Assembly (NCBI GenBank): GCA_035084275.1
Contig: CM068756.1
Coordinates: 14,198,001-14,262,000, forward strand
Direction: 5' to 3'
Origin: Hydrolagus colliei
Lineage: Eukaryota
Length of the DNA stretch: 64,000 nucleotides
This document shows positions 1-11,886 of the stretch, one piece after another. A program made the position numbers and the translations under genes. The first letter of the stretch is position 1. Each line of letters begins with the position of its first letter. The notes under the pieces are model-generated. The model saw nothing but the letters and a program-made list of their open reading frames with translations, did not search any database and was not told the DNA's origin.

Positions 1-580
1 GTCTTGCTGCAACTGTATAGGGCTCTGGTGATACCGCACCTAGAGTATTGTGTGCAGTTTTGGTCTCCTTATTTAAAAAAGGACATACTTGCCTTAGAGG
101 GGGTGCAGCGTACATTCACTAGGTTAGTTCCTGGGATGAGGGGACTGCAAACTAGGGCTGTATTCTCTAGAGTACAGAAGAATTAGGGGGGATCTTATTG
201 AAACACATAAGATTCTTAAAGGGCTGGATAAAGTAGGCACTGAGGGACTGCTTCCCTGGTAGGAGAATCTATATCCAGGGGTCACAGTCTTAAAATTAAG
301 GGTCAGCCTTTTAGAACAGAGTTGAGGAAACATTTCTTCACTCAAGGGTAGTGAATTTATGGAATTCACTACCCCAGAAGGCTGTAGATGCTCAGTCCTT
401 GAACATTTTAAGGCTGAGACTGATAGATTTTTGAAAAATAGAGTGATTAGGGGATATGGGGATAGGGCAGGTAATCAGAGTTAGGTGAGAAGATCAGCCA
501 TGATCTTGTTAAATGGCAGAGCAGGCTCGATGGGCCAAATGGCCTCCTCCTGCTCCTAATTCTTATGTTCTTATGTTCTT
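1..580 (+). mobile_element. CR1 LINE 3' end
   Basis: [22 protein letters not shown]2 motif; (TTCTTATG)n tail. Confidence 0.9.
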
Positions 581-904
581 ATACTGTAAAGTGAATTGAC
601 TATATATGTGGATGAAACGCGGCAGCCAATTGCGCAACATCAACTGTCCTCACAAACAGTCATGGATTGAAATGACTATTTTATTATTTTGAGGGATCAT
701 GATTATTAGGCATGTGTAGCAAGGAAACTTGGCCATGGTTTCACCCTATACAGTATATGCAGCATTTTTGCACTACTCGTATAAAGTATCAACTATATTA
801 GGCAACTCAGAACAAAAACTTGTTCATTATGAAAAAAAATTCTTAGTGCAGGAAGAGGGAAAACACAACATCTAAAACAGAAAAATAAATGCTACTTGAT
901 ATGT

Positions 905-1540
905 GATAAGAACATAAGAATTCGGAGCAGGAGTAGGCCATTCAGCCCCTCGAGCCTGCCCCGCCATTCAATAAGATCATGGCTGATCTATTCTACTCCA
1001 CCGCCTTATCCCCATATTCCTTGACCCTTTTATCCACAAGAAATCTATCAATCTCAGGCTTGAATATGTTCAATGTGTGAGCATCTGCAGCTCTGTGGAG
1101 TAGAGAATTTGATAAATTCACTACCCTCTGAGTGAAAAAGATTTTTCTCAACTTAGTGCGAAAGGGCCAACCCCTAATTTTAAGAGTGTGACTCCTGGTT
1201 ATAATTTCTCCAACCAGGGGAATAAGTCTCCCACTATCTATTCTGTTGTGCCCCTTAATAATCTTATAGTTTTCTGTAAGATCACCTCTCATTCTTCTAT
1301 ATTCTTGCATATAGGGCTAGATTGCTCAACCTATCCTCATAGCTAATCCCCCTCATCCCAGGTACCAATCTAATGAATCTACGTTGCACTCCCTGCGAGG
1401 CGAGCATATCCTTTCTTAAATGAGTCCAGAACTGCACACAATATTCTAGGTGTGGTCTCACCAGGGCCCTATACAGTTGCAGCAAGACTTGCCTACGTTT
1501 ATATTTTAACCGTTTTCTAACAAATGCTAACATAAGCTTG
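905..1540 (-). mobile_element. CR1 LINE 3' fragment (duplicate at ~35220-35855)
   Basis: [27 protein letters not shown]; AAGAACAT tail. Confidence 0.9.
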
Positions 1541-2394
1541 GCATAAGATTCCTCAGCACTTTTTCCACCAGCAACCGGAATGGTTGGAATATAGAACTTC
1601 TTTCAAGAAGAACGGCCTCGAGAATGCCACGAAGTCACTGGGCAAACAAAGGGACCAAGTAGATGCCCAGTTCATCAAAACAGAGATTTAAAGATAGCAT
1701 CTCACTGCATATAGACTCCGAATCTACATGCAACTCCAATATTCTTAGTCAGTCAATGGGAATTGAATTATTCAGTTGTGATCTATCCTTGCCACCAATT
1801 TATTATTATTATTAAGCTCCTCTTGGATAAAATCATCCATTCAGGGGAGAACAATGTTTGTTGCCCTCCTCAAACCAAACAGAAGGGATAGAGTAACAAT
1901 AACATCACTGAGCAGGAGTAGGTTATTATTGTAACATATAACTCTAAATGACCTAGATTTACAGACCCAATTCAATTTGCAGGTGACATCACTTGATAGA
2001 TAAACCTATGGGATGGACCAAGAGGAAACACAAATCGTCCATGGACTGGGTAGAACTTGCCAAGGGAGAAGTTGAAGGAAATCCAGTTGTGTTATTTGAT
2101 TCATCGCACATGATGTAAAAACATTGTTAGGAGCAAAAACAAGACAAGCAGGGTGTTGTGTTATTTATTGCACAATATACAGTATGCACATTCAGTCCTG
2201 TAGCTCAGTAGTGAGAGCACTCGCCTTATAAGTGACTCCACACGCCTAATAGTAATCCCTCAAAAAAATAATAAATTGGTCATTTCAATCCATGACAGTT
2301 TGTTGGACATTGTTGTGTGCAATTGGCTGCTGCATTTTGCCCAAATAGATACAGTCAGTTCACTTTGCAGTATTATCTATGAAAAGCAAGGATA

Positions 2395-2480
2395 ATTATT
2401 ATTATTTCATTATTATTTCATGATTGTATTATTATTTTATTATTACTTTTAAATGATTATAATTTTATTATTTTCATTAT
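2395..2480. repeat. (TTA/ATT)-rich low-complexity tract, longer in copy 2 (~36725-36820)
   Basis: Direct reading. Confidence 0.7.
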
Positions 2481-3059
2481 TACATTGCTCTAGTCAGACT
2501 GCACCTTGCACTGTGACATAACGGGGCTTCCCAGTTCCAAAGGATAATGCAGAGGAAAGCAATGAGGATGATGCCCCTCATTAGAGGGATATGCTTTGAG
2601 AGGTGTTTAACATTGTAAATGGGACTGAAAACGTCACCCAGATTAACAGTTTAGGTTGTAGCAAAACGGCAGAATAAGAGGACATAGGTTTTGAGTTGCA
2701 GGGGCAATATCAGAATAGATAGCAGAATAGATTTCTTTACAGCAAGTAAAATAAGAACAACTGGAATAGATTGGGAGGAAGTTTGGTTGAAGGCACCGCG
2801 TTTAATATACAGCTTGAGGCTGTGATGGGGAGATGGCAGGTGTGTATTCTGACAGGATGAAATCAAATAAGCAAAGGGAATGAATGCAAACTAAAGATGC
2901 ATTTTAAAAAAATTGCATTAAACAGACACTCCTGCCCACAAAACACACACAAAAACACACACAGCTACAACACCACCTCATGGAGTAAGAATGCTGATGT
3001 TCCAGAAAAAATGAATGCTCTGCACAAAACATTCAAAAATCTATGATTTTTGGTCAACT

Positions 3060-3490
3060 TGTGCAGAGCCTTGATGTTGATATTAGCGTTGGGAATGGTC
3101 ATTGTAACACAGCCCTAGATTGCGCAATAGGCCACTGACTTGACAGTTAAGGTTGATCAATGATAAGTGCATGGGTAACCAAGAACGTTTAATTGGAGAA
3201 AAGAAGAAGCGGGGGTTATTTTCTTGGCGTTTTCCGAATCACAAAGAGTATAAATGAACTGTCATCGTATAATATGTTTGATGAAGGAAAGCAACGATGC
3301 AGTGGAAAGTGATGTTTGTCCCTCTGGTGGCCATCAAGCAATCGGGGCTTCGTGTTATTTCGACTGAAAAGTTACCAGTAACTAAACAAATCTCGGGCAG
3401 ATTGTTTTGACCCTGATAACAAGCTGATCTGAAACAACGCTGCATAAATGTGTAGCCTTATTAAACGTTTCTGTGTCTTTGACTTCCTGT
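3060..3490 (-). pseudogene. Divergent V-domain pseudogene (type C, copy 1) with retained ETS promoter motif
   Basis: VTGNFSVEITRSPDCLMATRGTNITFHC... aligns with the A/B V start; in-frame TGA and a frameshift at SGL(Y)C; ACAGGAAGT upstream. Confidence 0.75.
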
Positions 3491-3829
3491 CTTGGAGGGT
3501 TCAGGAAATTGAGTTCATATTGTAAATGTAGTTTGTAATTCCACATAATCATTAAAGCTACATCAAGCTTCTGACGTAGAGGTGAGACGGCGACCAAATA
3601 ATCCAGCCTGAAACACAATATATGAGGCTCACATTGCTGTCCTCAGCAGCCTCATTTGAGCTATTTGGTTCATATTTTTAAATGAAATGGCTACACATTA
3701 TCAAAATACTCACTGAATGGATGCTATTCCAATGCAGATTAAATCTTAAAAATAGTTAAATGAGCTATGTTTGCTATATTTCAGCACTAGCTTCATACCA
3801 TAATATCGAAACAAACTCAAAGTGGGTAA

Positions 3830-4390
3830 GGCCAAGCCACATGTTGGATTGTCTTCAAGGACAATATTGAGCCAAAATAGAGGAAGAGTAATGTCACTTT
3901 ATAAATCATTGGTGCCACCTCACTTGGAATATTGTGTGCAGTTCTGTTCACCAGAATACGATAACAATATTGCATTGATTGAGAGGATACAGAGTAAGGC
4001 AACCAAATTATTCGAGGGGATTATTTGGACTACAAGGAGTGATTTGGTTTACTGTGCATGTTCACGCTGGAGACGGGAAGGTTGAGGTGCAATATGATTA
4101 CGGTCTTTAAGGTTCTGAAGGGTTTCGGTAACATAGACCACGATAAGCTGTATATTTTACAATGAAGAGAAGAACCAGACGTCAATGATTGAAGGTGGTG
4201 GGGAGAGGAGGTAAATTCACAACAGGTCAACAGAAATGTTACTTCACTGAGCGAACAGTAAACTTATGAAACAGGCTCCCTAAGGAGATGATGACAGCAG
4301 AAACTAGTTTGTTTCAAGAAGAATTTGTGCGAGAAAAAACTACATTGGGATAAATGTTTGAGTTTGGGACTTGTGTCAATGGACTGCTAG
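3830..4390 (+). mobile_element. Old CR1 fragment (duplicates at ~38165-38730 and ~59585-60150)
   Basis: [19 protein letters not shown], decayed. Confidence 0.8.
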
Positions 4391-5700
4391 GTTGGTGGAA
4401 GGCAAACTAGATGTACATTGGTTTTCTTTCACTTAACAAATCTTTATGATGTTAAGTTGTTGTTTGAGTTGTTGCTGTTACTGCTATTATAGATAAATCA
4501 TAAAATATATCTAAAAATATGTCTGAATGAAAAGATTGGATGTGTTTAATAGATTTCTGCAAGTTCTAGATATTGCTTTGCCCTGGAGCACAGACAATCA
4601 ATGATTGACGAGAATACCACATTGTCTTTCATGGAACATGTTATTTATTGCAATTGAAAATGTTGAATCAAAGCTGTTCTGTTCAATTATCATGTACTAT
4701 ACAAGCACCTTCATTTGAGATTTTAGATGAATGGTATTACAGATATCACACAAAAATAAAACAAAACCTTTATGTCACAGCCGACATTATTACAATACAT
4801 CAATAGCTGTATTTTAACACAACAACATGTATCATTTATGAGACTTGGTTATTTTTGAACTTACATGTTATTATTAAACAGTTGAATAATGTGACTTGTT
4901 TAAGTAGTTCTAGTGAAATAATGTAAAGGGAAGATAGATTGAAGAGTAAACGCCTTCTGAATCTTTTTGTGCAGAAAGCTCTGTGGATACATAGATTTGT
5001 TAAAACCATCAACAGAATGTTCAGCAGCGGTCAGAAAAATCAAAAGATGATCTACAGTTGATGTTCATGATATGTCCCGAAATATTATTTATTAAACACT
5101 AAAGTGGTGGCGTTAGGTAATATAATATTTGTAATTGTTGATTTATTGGTGCAAACATGTCCAAGCTGATGTGTAATATTTTGACCTGGGTGTGTGAAGA
5201 AACTCTGTGAAACTACAACAAGAACAACAAAATTACATTTGTATAGCGCCTTTCACATCGTGAGGATGTCCCGAGACGCCTGGATAAAGAACTGAGAATA
5301 TATAAAGGGTGAAACAAATAAGATACGGCTAATATTCCAGTTATATTCCCATTCCTCAATGGTATCAGTCAAATGTCTCAAATATGTTTAATGTAATATA
5401 CCAGTTCATAACGTACAATCTTCTGTTTCATCGGTCACTGCATTTCCACCAGCATAATTCAATCGCCTGTGATGATTTCTCACTTCATCTGTGAGTCAAC
5501 AAGCAGAGCCAGTGTGAGCCAGTATCACCAATCGTTTGACTCTATGATTAATTGTACTGATTGCTGGTTTCCACGCAAAGAGATTGAAGTTTTAATCTGA
5601 TACGTTTATAACGACACTGTAAACATAATATATTTTAGTTTAATTGTAAACAGCGACTAAAGATATTCAGACAACACCATTGACATTGATAACCCGCCGA

Positions 5701-5753
5701 TCACTCTGGAAAGGCGTCTGAAAGCGCTTGGCACGGTTGGTTGGCCACGGTAG
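5701..5753 (-). CDS. A1 putative terminal exon (A)TVANQPCQALSDAFPE*
   Basis: Strong acceptor ctcgtcttccgtctccag, in phase, locally GC-rich; alternative acceptors exist. Confidence 0.45.
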
Positions 5754-8700
5754 CTGGAGACGGAAGACGAGCCATCACATATGACTGTCTGATTTTATTT
5801 GTCTCTAACAGGGTATTAATTTATTCTCACACAAAATATTTACAGCTTGTATCTTCACTGTAAATATTTTCAATTTACCTTCAAGAATGTTCAGCCTCGT
5901 GGATGTAGAGCTTATTAACAGGGATATTAATGTCAACATTTATTATGATAACCCAGTAACAGTTTGGGAAGCTATCAGATGAACATATTGTTCACTAGTG
6001 TTCCAGACACCTGGAGGTTTGGAGGAGATATTTTTATATCCATTGATTATTAGAGAATCCTCCAATAAAACAAAGTGTAATTCCCACAATCTAAACTGTC
6101 TGCTCCCAGTTGCCGGCGAAACCGGCGTTTTCCTGTTGATTGATAATTTTATGGGCGACGCTATCAATACAATAATTGTCAATGAAATCACAATATTATT
6201 TTGAAGCGAAGAATGTCTTACCTTTCAAGTTGTGAGATTTTACATGGTCAACAATGAAGATGGTCAACACTATCACTACCAAGAAACAGAATATAAACCG
6301 TAAAATCATCATATTCTCCGACATTCCACCATAACCTAGAAAAGAAATATCGGAATTAAAATCTACTGAATAATTCTACTGTATTGGGAACATGTACAGT
6401 TTGTGAATTAATTTCTATTGGAAGGTACAATGAAGTGGACGAATATTATGAATTTGTGTGATTGAAAACAACAGAGAATTGTCAGGAACATGAACGCACA
6501 GACATGCTTTAGTGATGTTACAGAGACACACATATATTATGGGGTAGCCATTCCCCTGAGTCTGTGTGCTCAGCTTCAAATACACCGGAGAGAATGACTG
6601 TTCCGACCCGAGCCTTGGAGAGTTGGGCACCATTATAATCAAAACTGATTCCATTAGACATCTACTATCAAATAGAAAAGTCTGTAACACATCTCACAAA
6701 CTATTTAGATTTTAATCGCAGCGAGTGTTGCTATAAAGGGAAAAGAAGCAGAAGATTTTCCCCAACAAAGCCTCAGAATATTGAATATATTGATAAATGA
6801 TGTTATTTGTGCTTTATTTGTGAAAATGTATCAGTGGAAAAGTCCAGTTACTGGTTTCACCCCTAATTGCTGGTGGAGAGTGCAGGTCTATAGCACTTTG
6901 GGTGGGTTACCAAATAACAAGAAAATACATTTTGAAGGAGAGAGATATTTAGAAATTAATGAGAAAACAAGAAGATACACAGGTTTGAGATATTGCTTCG
7001 TTTCAAAGACTAAACATTTATAAAAACGCAATGTATGGCAGCTGCTGGAAATCTGAAAGAATCTGAAGATTCAGCAGGTCAGGCAGCCTCTCTGGACAAA
7101 GGAAAAGTGATTCAATGTTTTGGATTCACGACCTTTCGTCTGAACTGCGTTAATAACATTTTGACTGCGTTAATAACTCCGGAAAAGAGATCTGTGATTG
7201 ACTAACAACTGGGTTCCCACTTATTGCTGGGTAAACAGACGCCCAATGTTTCGTCCTGCCCGGGAATCAAATCCAGGTCCCCCCTCGAGAGAGGCGAGTG
7301 CTCTAATCACTGAGATACACGACTCCACTGATACAGGAGATTCTGATGAATAATAATCCTAAAAGTAGCCAATTTTCCACACACAGTCATGGCGTTAATA
7401 ACCAATTTCACCTGCTGTGTTTATCAGCCAGAACAAAGGGAGGAAGAATCTTACTTCACTTTTTGAATAGTACCATGGCCTCATTAACCTGAACAAGCCA
7501 CAAGGACCTCACTTCAATGTCCCATCCCAATAGCAGGAAGCCACAGACTGCTCCCCCAGCATTACACTTGATTGCCAGTGATTTGGGACAATATTGATCC
7601 ATGTGTTCGGAATAGATTAGTATATTAGACAGCGTAAACATTCTGCTTATGGTGCTATGGAGGGTTATAAATATTTGAAAGCCTTGTTAATTTTAGACAT
7701 TTATGCATATAACATATGAATACTATTTCATTGTTAAGCAAAGTAACCAATGTAAATATTGCATCTAATCTCAATCTGTGCCTTTTTTGTGATCAAAATT
7801 ACATCTGTAAAGCACATTTCACGATTAGATGGAACTCAGAACTGAATACAGCTGGATATGTATTAGTTTACGGCAGCTGTAGCTAATGACATCTGGTTAC
7901 CATTGCTCTTGACTTTATTACTCAGGCGAGGGCGACACACAGAATACCAAAATGGACCATTGCTTATCAGAGGAACCCTCACAAAATACAATCCATAGAT
8001 TGTAGAGCAAGAGACTGCTGTACCTATTGACAGCTGATCACAGCGATGAAACACAATCACTAGTTGTTAATAAAAGGGGGAACATGACGGGATGGGAAGA
8101 TGTTTGATGCTGAAGTGTCCTGAGGTGTCCCGAGCGTTTGAAAACTATGCGGGTTCAGGATGCCACCACTTATTGGTTAGGTTTATCAAAATGTTTGATT
8201 TATTCACTTAAAATGTTCCACATTCAAACAGTATAATGTATTTTATCACCATTTCGTACAATCTCCTGATCACCTTTCTCCTATTTGTCTCCTATCAACT
8301 CTGGCATCGCTTCCTATCCCTGCAGGTCTCCCGGGAGAGAGAGCAAGTCACATTCCATCCCTCAAGTCACAGGCAGGAGCTGCCAAACATTGACTTGTCC
8401 CTCGGCCTCTCTTCTTCACTGTCTGTAAGATCCCACTTGGCGACATTATCCGCAGAGTATGTCCACATGTATATACACGAACTCTCCCATGTTCCTCCAC
8501 ACTGAACATCCACCATTAACCCAATTAGTGCCAAACTTCAAGTCCTTTCTTGAGCTCTGACTTCCTTCAGCTGAATAATAATAATCTCTGGATTTCATAT
8601 AACACCTTATATATCGAGTAAAATTATGAAATTTGGTGCTATTATTATCATCTCATTATTGTCGTCTCAAATCACTTCAGACAGTTAATTGAAAGGCGCT

Positions 8701-11700
8701 ATACAAATGTAACTCAAAATCACCAGAAATGTGACCATACCTGCAGCACGTCCACCCCATAGTGAATAACGGGTTGGATTTTCAATCCCTGGAGAAATAG
8801 TACAAAACTGAGATGAGACTGTACATTGTGTAGGGGAATGCTTTGTATATTCGGTAGAATAGATATATTATGCAAGTCATTTATGATTTATACCTTGCAG
8901 TGATTTCGAGTAAGTATTAAGCACGGTAAATGGTTTAAATATGGTCTAATCTTAATCCGTGTTTATTGAAAGCTGAATAAAAATTACAAGCAGACCATCA
9001 TTGAAAACATTTTGATATTGACGTAGGGTGTTAGACAGGTGTTAGACAGATCAACATTTGTTCTCGCTTATTTTTATTATTGCTCTTAAATCGATCACAC
9101 TGAGGGAGACACTCAGAATACACATGAAGCGGAACATCGATTTTCAGAGGAACCCTCCCAAAATACAATCTATAAATTATAGAGTGAGACAACTGGACAT
9201 AGTGGCATCTGATCGCAGCGATGAAACATGCTGACTAGCTTTGAATAAAAGGAGGAACATGGTGGGATGGAAAGACATTTGATGAATCACGTGACCTGAG
9301 CTGAAGCTGAGGTTTTGAAAATCATTCAGTTTTACGATGTGTTGATAATATCTATAATCGATAAGTAGATAATATCGGTTTGGTTTAATGAAATGTTTGA
9401 TGATTCACATCAAATGTTCCACATTCCAACAGTGTAATGTATTTGATCAACATCTTGCACAACCCCCTCATCACTAATCTCAACACATTTGTCTCCTATC
9501 AACTCTGGCATCGCTTCCTATCCCCACAGGTCTCCCGGGAGAGCAAGTCACATTCCATCCCTCAAGTCACGGGCAGGAGCTGCTGAACATTGACTGTTCC
9601 TCGGGTCTCTATCCTCAGCCTCTGCCCTTCACTATCTAGATGTTCCCACTTGGCGACAAATCGCTTCAGAGGATTCAATGAAAGGCGTTGTACAAATACA
9701 ACTTTGTTGTTGATGTTGTTTACGAATCAATGCGGCTAAACATCCCTATGAGAATTGAATTAACAACAGTTGGGTTTTTAAAACTCTTTTAGAATCTTAC
9801 CTGCTTTAGGTTTTGAGATGGTGTAGGTGGCAATAGCTGAATTCTTGAGGGTGATGTGAGACACCAGACAGGTATAAACAGATACGCTCTGGACAGACTG
9901 TGTGTCTTCAATAGAGCTAGAGACCTTATAGAGTTCCCATGAGTTCTGCTTTTCTGTGGTTCCTGTCTCTTCCACCTTTATTCCTGATGTTGGTGTAATT
10001 TCATTCCCACCTTTATACCATATGAGGGTGAAATCCTTTGGGTAAAACGCAGTAGTTTCACACACAATTGTCCGATGCTTAGTTGAATTCCTAGAAAAAA
10101 TCCTCAGTGGAGTTGGGGGAACTGTAGAACAGATAATGGAGGAAAATCATATTAATTTTGATCAATCAGCGGGAGAAACTTTATTTTAATTCATTTCTTT
10201 GCAATCTCTCGATTCCTGAGTGCAAATGGAGGTTTCTTTAGATTCACAAATATCCCTCTCACAGCAGCAGAAGCTTCCTCCTGCTGTAATTACCCTTCGG
10301 TTTTTATCAATTAATGTTGATTCGTAATCGTTGTCTTGCATATTATTACTATTATTGTGACTAAGATTATTTGGCGGAATTGATCGCTGCAAACTCTCGA
10401 TCAGAGGAGACAGAGGATTCCTGACAGGTGTGAGAACACTGTGTTATTCTGGCTGAATTGGTAGCATTCTCGCATCTGAGTTAGAAGGATATGGGATCAA
10501 ACTTGACATCGGGACTTGGAATTCACACAGTCGATGTGGAAACATTTGCTGCAATGCCGTTCTTAGGGTGAGAAATTAAATATGGTTTAATTCAACCGGT
10601 TATGTTGAACATTAAAGATCTCATGGCAATATTCAAAAACAATTTCTCTGACAGCCTACCCTTCAAAGTTAAAAACATGACCATCCACCTCATGGCTGTT
10701 GTGGGACATTGCTGTGAATAATTTGGTGGCTGTGTTTTCTCATAAAGTACCTTGTCTCATCGTTTTCCAAAATTTGTGATGCTTTGGGAGGTTTCAGTGG
10801 CATGACAAGGTGCTGGAGCAAATGAAAGGATTGTATTATCTCAGCATTGAGAGATTTTGATCAGGTAAAGAGGGAAACAGTGAGTCTGTAACAAAAGTCC
10901 ATAAGTTAGAATCATTACCATGGAATAAAGGAAAGGTTGAATTGTGATGTTACTGAGAGGCGCTTGGGTCCAAAACAAAATAATGGCTGAAGCAGAATCC
11001 ATAAAGCTGTTAAAATGAATTTTACAGCCATTTCCTTTGTCTTCTACACAGATTTTGGATTATGTATTTGAATAATATGGATTGATTTTGCATGTAACCT
11101 TTGTAACATTAGAAGTTTGTGAAATTATTTGTTAATTGTTGTACGATTAGAGTTGCATTATTTTATGTTTCAGTTGGATAGGGGTTATTTTTAATGTAAT
11201 TTTCAAATATTTTCACTCTTCATCCACACTCACCGCACACAGTTAAGCTTGATCCAGGTCCTGTTCCAATTACTGATCCCTGATGGATCACTGAGCAGCG
11301 ATAGACTCCAGAGTCCTGGAAACTCACATTGAGGATCTGGAAGAAGCCGCTCCCTTTGCCTTTCACACCAAATGTTTTCCTGCTGTCCGCCTGTGTGTCC
11401 AAGTAGCCATCCTCACCCTCCTTCTCCCACTTCACCTCCTCTCCTGAACCATCTTGAGAGAAGGGAAAAATACAGCGGAAAGTGACGTTTGTCCCTCTGA
11501 TGGCAGCCACACGTTTGGGGATTTGTGTCACTTTCTCTGTAGAATCGCCAGCAACTGTCAGAAAATAAATTCAAAAGATTGATTTCACAGATAATATGCC
11601 GTGGACAAAAGCAAGCGAGTGAATAGACTAAAAAGTAAGTATATATGATAAATGGCACAAGGAAACAAGCTTGCAGATATTTCATAGAAGAACTGAGTTG

Positions 11701-11768
11701 TAGAATAATAAAATACCTGTTGAAATAATATGTAAGACGGACAGATACAGAAACACAACACTCCCCAT
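5701..11768 (-). CDS. Gene A1: leader-VJ-C1-(stalk)-Arg-TM-short tail, candidate activating receptor; 3' exon joining inferred
   Basis: Leader, V and C1 exons are intact paralogs of B1. The B-type TM exon is truncated. An in-phase Arg-bearing TM exon lies at 6335-6222. Confidence 0.72.
6222..6335 (-). CDS. A1 Arg-containing TM exon (G)YGGMSENMMILRFIFCFLVVIVLTIFIVDHVKSHNLK
   Basis: tttcttttctag acceptor, AAAG|GTAAGA donor, phase 1/1, 114 nt. Confidence 0.82.
8685..8788 (-). CDS. A1 truncated B-type TM exon (GIENPTRYSLWGGRAAGMVTFLVIL+SYICIAPFN*), or 48-nt stalk exon 8788-8741 via a new CAG|GTATGG donor
   Basis: Same acceptor as B1 exon 4. Homology stops after FLVI; the last 9 codons come from an antisense L2/SINE-tail sequence. 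Confidence 0.7.
9801..10121 (-). CDS. A1 C1-set exon
   Basis: 321 nt, FYPKDF..W, YTCLVSH, GT-AG. Confidence 0.95.
11234..11554 (-). CDS. A1 VJ-type V exon, ends SSLTVC
   Basis: 321 nt, Cys/Trp/DSGVYRC/GTGPGSSLTV motifs, GT-AG. Confidence 0.95.
11717..11768 (-). CDS. A1 signal-peptide exon MGSVVFLYLSVLHIIST
   Basis: 52 nt, phase-1 donor, paralog of B1 exon 1. Confidence 0.88.
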
Positions 11769-11829
11769 GTCTGAATCTGGTTGTGATGAGCTGTAACACA
11801 CAAACGTGGAGTATTTGATATAGAGTAGG

Positions 11830-11886
11830 CAGCTGTGACACTGACTTCCTGTTTCTTTGGGTTCCTGAAATGTGGCTGGTGTGGTT
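11830..11886 (-). promoter_or_regulatory. Putative proximal promoter of A1: RUNX (AACCACA, AGCCACA), ETS (ACAGGAAGT), E-box (CAGCTG)
   Basis: Motif cluster 60-120 nt upstream of the ATG, conserved in A1, A2 and B1; the ETS core is also kept in the V pseudogenes. Confidence 0.55.

Noticed and set aside
2651-2866. Lys-containing TM-like stretch SILLSILILPLQLKTYVLLF (also 14390)
   Set aside because: No in-phase splice sites around it; hydrophobicity partly comes from a local microduplication
6781-7023. 80-97 aa plus-strand ORF open in all three units
   Set aside because: Non-ATG start and no recognisable motif; conservation is explained by recent duplication
10186-10392. Cys-rich ORF GGSFCCCERDIC in the V-C1 intron
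   Set aside because: No convincing splice sites; the frame is not kept in the B paralogs
11220-11290. Rearranging TCR/Ig V segments with RSS
   Set aside because: The V exons run unbroken through the J-like G strand to a GT donor. Heptamer-like CACAGTT/CTCAGTG has no nonamer at 12 or 23 bp. ACAAAAACA at 2949 has no heptamer at either spacing.
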